A stretch of DNA of 17,076 nt from Octopus sinensis (lineage: Eukaryota). The stretch is from positions 1 through 17,076 of the forward strand of contig NW_021824931.1 of NCBI RefSeq assembly GCF_006345805.1. Reading direction: 5' to 3'. Shown one piece after another: positions 1 through 10,117 of the stretch. The first letter of the stretch is position 1; each line of letters starts with the position of its first letter. Under the pieces are notes generated by a model. That model had not been told where the DNA came from. It did not search any database and saw only the letters and a list, made by a program, of their open reading frames with translations. The position numbers and the translations under genes were made by a program.

Positions 1-654
1 AGCTAGCTCTTATCTGATTAGTGATTATACACTAGCTTGCCTACACACACACACACTCACACACACACATATGTATAATACATATGCATTAACATACTTT
101 AATGTGTGTTCATGTATGTAGATGTGTACGTATGCGTGGCGTACTATCTATCTTCTACAGCGCAGTCAGTCAGAATTAAAGATACAGTTCTCTGTCGGGC
201 TTCCTACGAATCGATGTGGATGTAATTTCCGCCATAGATGTTGAGTTTGTAGCGAAATTAGAAAGGTAAACATTAAGTAAAAAGAGATTAGTTCGAATAG
301 AATGAATCAAATAAACGTCTCCACTAATATCCTGCTGCAAATGCGTTGATAGAATAAAGAAATGACGGAATAACGGAATGATTAGAAGACATGTTGGTGG
401 AATGAAAGACTAGAAGACAAAATGAATAAAGAAGCAGATCCTGTTTTATTTTGCATCTTTTTTGTTTTTCTTTTTCTTTTTTTTCGTTTCTTTTTTCGTT
501 TTTTTATATCATTATTCAAAGTCTAGATTATTGTTGCTGGTGTTGGATAGCAAGTTAGCACCCAGATCGACCAATTATCGAGTGGCGATGCATTTATGCA
601 AGTATATGTGTATTGCGTACGTGCGTGTGGTATGTGTGTGTTAATACATATATA

Positions 655-694
<40 letters not shown>

Positions 695-699
<5 letters not shown>

Positions 700-1392
700 A
701 ACTTAGAAGGTTTTGGTCAGTATTGGCCCAGGCCATGTCTAACTTAATAGTACCACCGACCTCTTAGGATTATTTAAATCCTTTTTAAGTCAAGTTTTGT
801 GGTATCATGGTCCCTTCGAGTAGTGAGTTCTTGTTGATTGAGTTGTATCCAGGTATGGTTGGCTTATCTGGTATCCTTGAAGGAATCTATCCAGACTCCG
901 TTTAAAGTTGATGGGATCCTTTTCCTCTTTGATCAGTTTTGGGACATATTAAATAGGGCAGGAAAAGAAATTATGTTGCAGTGTACATGTATGCTGTGAT
1001 CTTGAATTGGGCAGGGGACGTATGGCCCGTGGTCCCAGTCTTGGATGAACCTTGAAACTAATGTTCAGGTCGTTTGGGCAATGCTGGCAGTATATTCTCC
1101 CCATCTTGCAAATGATGTACCGCTCGCAGCGACGCTGGAGAGAATAGAGTTTCAAGGCTTTAAGGCGGTCCCAGTAATCGAGATCAGTCATGTCCTTAAT
1201 TTATTTGGTGATTGTCCTCTGGGGTGATTCAATTTTCGAGATGTTTTGTTCTGTATGGGGAGACCACAGGGGGCAGCGGTATTCGAGACGTGGCCGTACA
1301 AACGAGGAGAAAAGTGGAATGATGACATCTTGTTCTCAGGACCGGAAGGTTCTTAAGATCCAGGAGCTCATCCTACGAGCTATATCGACCAT
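695..1392 (-). mobile_element. 5'-truncated, decayed LINE (CR1/L2 group): C-terminal part of the reverse-transcriptase ORF plus 3' UTR
   Basis: Manual minus-strand translation gives VDIARRMSSWILRTFRS*EQDVIIPLFSSFVRPRLEYRCPLWSPHTEQNISKIESPQRTITK*IKDMTDLDYWDRLKALKLYSLQRRCERY. After frameshifts it reads PALFN..VPKLIKEEKDPINFKRSLDRFLQ..IPDKPTIPGY. These match the CR1/L2-type motifs VRPxLEY..WSP, YxxRLxxLxLxSLxxRR and FKxxLDxxL. Stops lie at 1336-1338 and 1201-1203. The 3' end abuts a (TA)n tract. Confidence 0.9.
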
Positions 1393-1965
1393 ATTTCAAA
1401 TATACATGTATTTACATATGCGTATATATACACCTAATATAAATATATGCAGATGGATATACATTTATACACATACATCAAATATATATACATATATGAA
1501 AATATAAACAAATGTTTTTGCTTGTCTATAAAGAGAGAAAAAGCGTCAGGCTTTGGAGAGGCAGGCAGACACACAGACAGACAAAGCAAGAAGAGAAAGC
1601 AGGTTGAGAGTTTTGTAGATTTATAGAATAAATAAAAGAACTGCATAATTTGTAAGGATCAAGTTTTAACGTGACAAGTGTGGTCCATGCGAACGAAACC
1701 CAAAGAGACTTGTTACTTGATCCCCTAACTTGGTGAAACCCCCTTTAAAACCTCCATTTCATCAGTATATACACATATGCGTCTCTGTGTGTATATTGTG
1801 ACATTAACACGAATAATTTCCAAGTTTCATACTAAATAGACATTTTGGAGTGCACCCGTCGAACCGATTGTAAAGGACTTCATGATATAAAGGGTTAAAC
1901 AATATCTCGAATGTTCGTCTCCTTTTTATATTTTAATATATAAATATATATTATATATATATATG

Positions 1966-2180
1966 CTCTTTTACTCTTTTACTTGTTTCAGTTAATTGAC
2001 TGTGGCCATGCTGGAGCACCGCTTTTAGTCGAGCAAATCGACCACAGGACTTATTCTATGTAAGCTTTGTACTTATTCTATCGGTGTCTTTTGCCGAACC
2101 GCTAAGTTACGGAGACGTAAACACAACCAGCATCAGTTGTCAAGCGATATTGTGGGGGGACAAACACAGACACACAAACA
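1966..2180 (-). mobile_element. 3' half of a tRNA-derived octopus-type SINE (same family as 9520-9932)
   Basis: The reverse complement ends ...GAATAAGTCCTGTGGTCGATTTGCTCGACTAAAAGCGGTGCTCCAGCATGGCCACAGTCAATTAACTGAAACAAGTAAAAGAGTAAAAGAG. This is near-identical to 9848-9930 on the plus strand and ends in a short (TAAAAGAG) repeat tail. Confidence 0.85.
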
Positions 2181-2639
2181 ACACACACACACAAACCCCA
2201 CACACACCACCACACTCACCACAACACATATATATTATATATATATATATGATATATATATATATAATATATATATATAGATATATAATATATACATATA
2301 TATATATTATATGTATGTATAAATATGCGCAGTTTAGACTATATGAATGACTCTAGTAAACAATGCTCGAATGTTATATACGCAATTGAAAAAATCTAGG
2401 CGAAAAGAAAAAAAAATGAATAAATAAATAAAGGAAAATAGCAGAAAATCGAATCAATGGAGTGACTGCATAGATTTCATGATCATCTCTAATGTAAAAC
2501 GCCCACTTCACCGTTTCCACATTATTAAAAGCCGGTGTATGTTTTACGAGCAATTTCTCATGCATCACACGGTAAGCTATTTCGGTGAGTTTTTCAGAGA
2601 TAAAGTTAGATTTTACAGTACTGATAATTCATTAAAGAA

Positions 2640-3340
2640 AACTAGAGAGAGGGAGAGAGAGAGAGGAAAAGAAAGAGGGAAAGAAAGAGGCAGAGAGATA
2701 GAAAGACGGAGAGAGTTTGAGACAGGGAGAACGGAGAAAGAGGGATTGAGTTGATGGCTTGAATTAGAAAGAATCGGAGAGATGGATTTGGGGAAATGAT
2801 CAAAGAGAGAGAAGGTGTGTGACAAACACAGAGAAAGAGAGACAGAGAAAGCGAGAGATTCTGTGACAGAGAACGGATAAAGAGAGTCTGAGGCTGATGA
2901 GCGGAGACAGAGCTAGAGAGCGATGAACTGGAGAGATGAACTCGGAGAGATAACCAAAGAGAGAAAAACTGAGAGAGAAGGGCAGAGCGAGAGAGTGACA
3001 GACTGAGTTAGAAATAAAGATGGAAAGAAACGCGTAAAGGCAGAGAGAAAGAGAGAGAGAGAGAGAGAAGGGGGGTGAAAGTGCAACAGAGATAGAAGAA
3101 GAGAGAGAGAGATTGGACTCTGTTAAGAGAAGACAGATTCCGAGAGATGGCGTCAGTCTGTGTGAGGGAGAAAGAAAGGGTAACTTAAGTAGAAAAAGAA
3201 ATATGTGTGTATAAGAGTTTATAGATACATAGAGAGAGAAGTGGGGGTTAGATATATATATATAGAGAGAGAGAGAGAAGCAAAATGTGAATGAGAGAGA
3301 GAGGGGGAGAGAGTGGGGTGGAAGGTGTGGGAGAAGCATT
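2640..3340. repeat. Degenerate GA-rich polypurine low-complexity tract
   Basis: Repeated GAGA/GAAA/GACA units over about 700 bp. The overlapping S/L-rich ORFs are artefacts of this tract. Confidence 0.9.
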
Positions 3341-3432
3341 AGTGCAAGTTATCGTTTTAAGTGACACTCGAACGTTTTCCCTTGTGAACCGAAGCTTGCC
3401 AAACTCCAATATGCCATTATACATATAAATAC

Positions 3433-3732
3433 GTGTGTGTGTGTATGTGTATGTGTGTGTGTGTGTGTGTGTGTGCGAACGTATGATTGTGCATGCTTGT
3501 GTGTGCATATCTGTGTGTGTATGAGTCTGGATGTGCGTGTGAGCATGTGCGTGTATTTTCCATTAAATATATTTTATTTTATGCACATATATATATATAT
3601 ATATAACATGTGCGTGTATATGTGTTATTTTATACTGTTTCTTCGTTTCTCACTCGTTTCTTCTCTTTCTCCCGAAAGATTCCTCCACTAAGTATTGGAA
3701 ATAAATTATCACGTCAAAGGGCTGTATATATA

Positions 3733-3778
<46 letters not shown>

Positions 3779-3891
3779 ATATATATATGTGTGGTTGTGT
3801 GTGTGGTGTGTGTGTATATATTATTATATGTATATGTATATGTATGTGTATATATATATGTATACATATATACATATACATACATATATCT

Positions 3892-3925
<34 letters not shown>

Positions 3926-3990
3926 ATTTATACATAGGTGTAAGTGTGTGAGGGTGTGTGCGTGTGTGTGTGTGTATGCATACATGTATA
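3433..3990. repeat. (GT)n, (TA)n and (TACATA)-type microsatellite cluster
   Basis: (GT)n at ~3433-3475, (TA)n at ~3725-3788 and ~3894-3918, with interspersed TATATG/TACATA units. Confidence 0.9.
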
Positions 3991-4446
3991 TATTTACTAA
4001 TAAAGCTTTTATTTTTTAATCTTTTCATATTACCAGAGTATGACAAATATTCAGAACCAGCAGGAAATATTCCACGTAGTTTATGTTCCTCCAACAACAG
4101 TATTAAGCTGCTAACTTGAGTTCCCTAAAAGCTTTTTACAAAGGGACACCGTACTGTCAAAACAAGAAACGAAACAAAAAAAGGGGAAAAACGAAAAAAG
4201 GGAAAAAAAGATCTTAAATGGAGAAAGAGAGAAAGAATAAGTTAAAGGAGGGGAGGACGGAGAGAAGAGGGTGGGTGAAAGTGCAAAAGCAAGGGCGACT
4301 GTTTGGAAGATAAATCTGTGTGTGTGTGTTTGCAGGCACAGTTTGCGTGCGAGTATATAAGGTAAACACACACACACGCACACACATACTCACACACACA
4401 CATATATATGGGTAGATACGTGTGTATAGACATGCACATATAATGC

Positions 4447-5004
<558 letters not shown>

Positions 5005-5069
5005 CATTCATGTATATATATATGATTGGAGTGTAAAATTGATTGAGACAGGCAGAAACGGATAAATAA

Positions 5070-5590
5070 TGAAAAGAGAAAGGAAAGTAATTGTAGAGGG
5101 ACAAAAGATGAAGAAGATGGAGGAGAATAAATAAGAAGAAGGTGAGAAGGAGAGGAACGAGAGATGGGTACTTGATAGAGGAGAGTAAAAATTAACGAAG
5201 GTATTCAAGGCGTAATCAAGATACAAAAAGGTGAGCAAAGCTTGGGGAGAGAGAGGAATGGAGACAGAGAGAGGAGTGGAAGAAATGGAGGGTGAGATGG
5301 AGAGGTGAGAAAGAGAGATGGAGAGACAGGGAGAACGATAGTGGAGGGATAGGAGAGAGAGAGAGAAAGGAGGGAGATGAGGAGGATAGAAGAAGGGGGA
5401 TAGAAAGTGTGATGAGAGAGAAAGAGGAAAAGAGAGAAAGACGAAAGCTTGAGTGGGGTAGAAAGAAAGAGACAGAGTGTAGTAAAGAATGGAATGGAGA
5501 ATCAAAGAAGAAATATAGAGAGAATGAGAGAGAAACTGAGAGAGAAGAAACTAAAGAGGAACAGAGAAATAGATTTAGAGAGAGCAGAAC
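5070..5590. repeat. GA-rich polypurine low-complexity tract
   Basis: Strongly purine-skewed plus strand. The R/E/K-rich ORF at 5292-5702 is a by-product. Confidence 0.85.
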
Positions 5591-5616
5591 AAACATATAT
5601 ATATATATATATATAT

Positions 5617-5814
5617 TCATTAGCCATGATAGATCAGTAGTTACTACACACATTTTTTCTCTCCTTGTTTCTTTCTGTGTTCTTTTCTGTGGAAGAGTGT
5701 AGGCACGAAACGTTAAAGACTTTTTCAATTCCCGAGCGTTATACTAATACATCTGTTTGTTGTTTGCACCACCTGCCTTCGTCTTTTGGTTTTTTTTTTT
5801 CGTGAATTCTTCCC
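5617..5814 (+). mobile_element. Short interspersed element between two (TA)n tracts, with a hammerhead-like motif (putative Penelope-like element terminal-repeat fragment), copy 1
   Basis: 5679-5814 is similar to the reverse complement of 9705-9834; both translate ...TNRCISITLGN in the ORF track. It contains TGGAAGA-GTG-TAGG-CAC-GAAA-CGTT-A at 5690-5715. The Penelope assignment is inference from the motif. Confidence 0.7.
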
Positions 5815-5975
5815 ATATATATATATAATATACATATATATATATATATATGAATGTGTATATATATATATATACACACACACATATAAGAGAAAGAAAA
5901 TTAGGAAGTGTTTAATAGGCAGTGATGAAGAAAGACAGAGGATGGTGAAGTGATATGAAATAAATGGATATGGTG

Positions 5976-5987
5976 GATAGATAGATG

Positions 5988-6073
<86 letters not shown>

Positions 6074-6145
6074 CAGACAGATAGATAGACAGACAGATAG
6101 ATAGACAGACAGATAGATAGACAGACAGACATGCAGATAGATAGA
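5976..6145. repeat. (GATA)n/(GACA)n microsatellite
   Basis: Directly visible tandem GATA units grading into GACA units. Confidence 0.97.
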
Positions 6146-6604
6146 GAGAGAGAGTGATAGAAAGAGGCAGAGGAAGATAATGAGGCGTATGATAGGGCAT
6201 AGAGAGAACGTGAGAGAGGCAGAGAAAGATAGTGAGGTGCAGGACATAGAGTGAATTAATCATGATTTTCATTTTACTTGTCTGGAGTAGTCATAGCAGG
6301 AAGGGGAGTTCCTATGACGCCTGTGGAGGTCTCCGAGACTGCAGCACTGAGGTTAGTCGAAGATCCACAGCTGAAGAAAGGCGCAACACGTCAAGATATC
6401 GAGTCCTCTCCTCAGACCAAATGTTTGCAATGGAACTTTCTCATCTAAAGAGATCCAAAGACCGTGTTATAGTGTTAAACATGACCTCCTACCCAAATGC
6501 AACAATTTATTTCTTCTGTTCGCAATACTAACGACATTCATATTGCTGTTTTGTTTTATTTGCAATAAATATGAAAATAATAAAACATCAAGACAACCAT
6601 TGAT

Positions 6605-6607
<3 letters not shown>

Positions 6608-6666
<59 letters not shown>

Positions 6667-6672
6667 CCTCTC
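6608..6672. repeat. (CT)n microsatellite
   Basis: Directly visible. A second CT-rich tract lies at ~7128-7192. Confidence 0.95.
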
Positions 6673-7674
6673 TGTTTATCACTCCATCTGCTTAACTCTA
6701 TCTGTCTAACCATCTTTATCTCCGGTTATATTAAACAGAAAGCACAACAACTAGAATGTTCGGTGAAACAGTGTCACCAATTTTCCCATTAAAAAACTAA
6801 AAATGTTCAAAGATAGACCGACTGGCAACGTCATAATATCACCTAGACCCCACCCCCCACACACACACACACTTTTTTTCCATATCAGAATATTAATTAT
6901 AATAAACGTGTTTATTAAAAATTAACAATACTGTATTTTCGATAAAAGGTTAAATAACGGTTCCACATAATCATACGATAGGCAGACGGCTGTGATTAAA
7001 ATAAAAAGTAAATATTTCTCTCTTTATTTAATTTTATTTTTATTACATTTTTTAAAATAAAGGTCTAGAAATAATTTTTTTTTTTTCTATATAACCTTTT
7101 ATTTTATATAATGTTTCGTTCCCCCACTTCTCTCTCCCTCCCCCTCTCTCTCTCTCTCTCCTCTCTCGTTCTCTCTCTCGTTCTCTCTCTTTCTATCAAA
7201 AATTGAGATTGGTTTTAAATACTTCATTTAGCGTCTCTGCACGTAATTTCAAAGAATTTAATTCAATTAATGCAATGTCAGATCGGTCTCTCGACTGTTT
7301 TCATTTTCTAATGACCGCTTTAACCTGATTGATATTTTTCATTCATTTAGGGGAGTGAGGTGAAGGTGCGGGTATCGATAGAGGTGTGAACAGGTTAATA
7401 TACGATAGACAGGGAGCTGCCGTAGCCGTGCGATTAGAAAGATTGCAGCAAAATCGTTTGGTTCCGGAATCCATTTTTGGTAAATGTTCTTACTGTGACT
7501 TTCGCTTTTCTCACACATTGTAAGCGCTTTTTTTTCCTTTTCCCGTTTTATCTTTGTTTCATTTTTTTTTTTAGCTCCGGGATTCATAAGGCCAACGCCC
7601 TGGTTTCCAAAGAATATAAGAGGCCAGGGTTACAGCATTTCCATGACTGACACGACGATGCGTTTCAGGGTTTA

Positions 7675-7765
7675 AGGTCAACAGTTTTGAGGCGGGGGGG
7701 ATGAATATATTACTTGAACCCCAGTACTTGACTGGTACTTCATCCCGGAGGAATAAAATGCAAGA
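7675..7765 (-). mobile_element. Old, diverged fragment of the SINE family seen at 10805-11033
   Basis: GAACCCCAGTACTTGACTGGTACTT...CCCGGAGGAATAAAATGCAA aligns by eye with GACCCCAGTGCGTAACTGGTACTT...CCCGAAAGGATGAACGGCAA (10881-10935). Confidence 0.55.
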
Positions 7766-8009
7766 ACACAGCCCGGTCCAGACCCTGATAAAGAAAAAAG
7801 GTGCGGATAGCTTCAAGTTGTACAGTATAGCTAATAAACAACTAGAAACACTGCTGCAGAGAGTACCTGGGTTTTCTAGAGGAACTGATATGAGATTTGT
7901 GCTATTAAATTGTGCAAAGGCGAACTTGTTGAGAGAAAAATTAATTAACAACAGTAATGTTAAATTAAATAAAGATATATAACAGAGTCATAACAAACAA
8001 AGGCTCACG

Positions 8010-9270
8010 AGTACATAGAAACCAATGAATTAGACGGATTGTGACTAACAGATGAAAGAAATGTCTGCGATGGAATATTAGATTAATACTTTGAACAGAA
8101 CTAAATGCAAAAGATAAAGTAATTACGCATCAGCTCTCTAAGAGTCCCATCGATAACACGTGGTGATTATATTCTGAGATAATAATTGATTACTTTTAGA
8201 ATACACCACAAACAATATCGCAGAGAAAGAATATATATTCTTCAAATGCAAGGAAGTGGGAGCTTGCAAATAGAAAACTGTTACAAGATATTTGCCATAT
8301 GATTGCCGAAATATCTAGTAACGAACAATGGTAAACTAATGTCTGCAAAATAGAAATAAAACAGGAAACTTTCCGTCTGTAAGGAAAGGAATAAAAAATA
8401 GGATAAAAGCTGAGCTAACAGACATAACTGAGGGGAAAGAAGAAACTATGAATATTGTTAAAAACTTAAAACTAAGTTGTGAATGGCGCTAAATGCTAAA
8501 ACGATGGAAAGAAGAGCTTTTTATTACAGATTACGGGAACGACGTGGGAATAGATTTTAAAAAACGTATCAAGAATGGTTGAGAAGCGCTGGACTGAAAG
8601 CTGTGGCTAAAGAAATGCTGGTTGCGACACAGCATGTATATGTTGCCACAAGAGAGTATGTGGAAGTTGTGGGTAAACAACTTATTGCTTTGTTTCTGCT
8701 TGCCCAGTCCTTGCCCAGTTCTAGCCGAGAGACCGAGGGCTTACGAACACTGGGGACTATGTCAGCCTTTTTTAAATACCTACTGAAAGAGGTGTTATGA
8801 AAATACAATACAAAAGTTATCAGGCATTATAAAGCGGCTGTATTCTAGGATAGCCAATCGACATAAGTATGAAGATCAAGAGAAATCGACTGGATATTGT
8901 TGCAAAATAGCACCATGAAAGGAACTGCATTCTGGTCGATGCATCAGTCCAAATAAGCCACAGTATATCTCTGAAAGAAATGGAGGAATTGTCCGAATAT
9001 AAACATCTGAACATTAAAAACAGAAAGAAGCTTTATATTAATAGGTGCCTTGGGAATGGTTAAAAAAGTATGCGGATGAATACCAAAAACCTCATAATGC
9101 AGAAATAAGTACGACATGCAAATAATAATTACACTGCTAAGAAATATGCACTTATTAAGTAGAGTCTCGTCAATGCAATCGAAGGTACAAAAGCATATCA
9201 AAACATTACACCAGTCCAGAGAGCATGGAGACAGACGATCGGGTGCGTAGTAAAAAAAAACGCCTAATGA
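8010..9270 (+). mobile_element. Heavily decayed R4/Dong-like non-LTR retrotransposon: RT end, remnant zinc-knuckle region and restriction-like endonuclease
   Basis: Peptides across several frames occur in the expected order: IRLIL*TELNAKDKVI; ERIYILQMQGSGSLQIENCYK; WLRSAGLKAVAKEMLVATQHVYVATREY; VSACPVLA..HWGLCQ; KIKRNRLDIVAK*HHERNCILVDASVQISHSISLKEMEELSEYKHL; ILIGALGMVKK; HLLSRV. These match the R4-clade motifs WL..G.LK.ETEG...AAQDQ...TR.Y, NRPDIV...C.LID...KE.EK..KY..L and IGALG. An (AAT)n tract follows about 90 bp downstream. Confidence 0.85.
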
Positions 9271-9355
9271 AAATACATTTATTGAACAAATAAGAATCCT
9301 TTTTACTGGTCAAAAGTATTCAAAGGTGTACTACAACAGTAAAAGAACGACGACA

Positions 9356-9470
9356 ATAATAATGAAAATAATAATAATAATAATAATAATAATATAATAA
9401 TATAATAATAATAATAATAATAATATAATAATAATAATAATAATAACAATAATAATAATAATAATAATAA
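9356..9470. repeat. (AAT)n microsatellite
   Basis: Directly visible tandem AAT units with few interruptions. Confidence 0.97.
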
Positions 9471-9519
9471 TCTCAAGTACAAGACAAAACTTGAAACTAA
9501 ACATTTGATAATAAGTATA

Positions 9520-9932
9520 GGCGTAAGAGTGGCTGTGTGGTAAGTAGCTTGCTTACCAACCACATGGTTCTGGGTTCAGTCCCACTGCGTGGCAACTTGG
9601 GCAAGTGTCTTCTATTATAGCCTCGGGCCGACCAAAGCCTTGTGTGTGGATTTGGTAGACGGAAACTGAAAAAAGCCCGTCGTATATATATATATATATA
9701 TATAGGGAGAGTTTACGAAAAAAACAAAAGACGAAGGCAAGTGCTGTACAGAACAAACAGATGTATTAGTATAACGCTCGGGAATAGAAAAAGTCTTTTA
9801 CGTTTCGAACCTACGCTCTTCTACAGAAAGGGACCTGTCCCCCCAAAGAATAAGTCCTGGGGTCGATTTGCTTGACTAAAGGCGGTGCTCCAGCATGGCC
9901 ACAGTCAAATGACTGAAACAAGTATAAGAGTA
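9520..9932 (+). mobile_element. tRNA-derived CORE-type SINE (octopus OR-like), interrupted by an insertion and internally deleted
   Basis: A-box-like TGGCTGTGTGG, B-box-like GGTTCAGTCCC, CORE-like CTTGGGCAAGTGTCTTCT and an internal (TA)n. The head matches 13944-14110 and the tail (9836-9932) matches 1966-2180 on the minus strand. The family name is from recall and is tentative. Confidence 0.85.
9705..9834 (-). mobile_element. Hammerhead-like, (TA)n-associated element, copy 2, nested in a SINE
   Basis: The reverse complement GTCCCTTTCTGTAGAAGAGCGTAGGTTCGAAACGTAAAAGACTTTTTCTATTCCCGAGCGTTATACTAATACATCTGTTTGTT...CTCTCCC|TATATA parallels 5679-5814, with the same CCC|(TA)n junction. Confidence 0.7.
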
Positions 9933-10117
9933 TGTACGTATGTATGTATGTATGTATGTATGTATATCAACTTTAGCTTTTATGTCTTCCCGACGACCTA
10001 CGATTTTTTCCATGTAACATTTCTTGTGTCTTCCGCATGCATCTTTACTATAAAAAACATCTACGTACATTCATTTATACATACATACATATATAAATGT
10101 GTATACATGTGGGTTGT

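Noticed and set aside
949-1191. 80-aa ORF MTDLDYWDRLKALKLYSLQRR as a host gene
   Set aside because: It is an internal piece of the decayed LINE RT frame, preceded by in-frame stops and followed by frameshifts.
1889-1898. AAAGGGTTAA, resembling a piggyBac-type terminus with a TTAA target site
   Set aside because: I found no matching TTAACCCT left end in the window, so a single short motif is insufficient.
2895-2930. CTGATGAG, a perfect hammerhead 5' core
   Set aside because: No stem II followed by GAAA and no stem I or III partner. It lies within a GA-rich low-complexity tract.
6314-6351. SECIS-like ATGA...TGAG stem-loop on the plus strand
   Set aside because: The helix after ATGA is too short, the apical AA motif is absent (AG instead), and there is no supported upstream selenoprotein ORF.
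7572-7686. H/ACA snoRNA-like layout (hairpin, ACAGCA, hairpin, ACA), including the stem CCCTGGTTTC/GAGGCCAGGG at 7598-7629
   Set aside because: The second hairpin lacks a two-sided pseudouridylation pocket, and the ACA falls at the edge of a degenerate SINE fragment.
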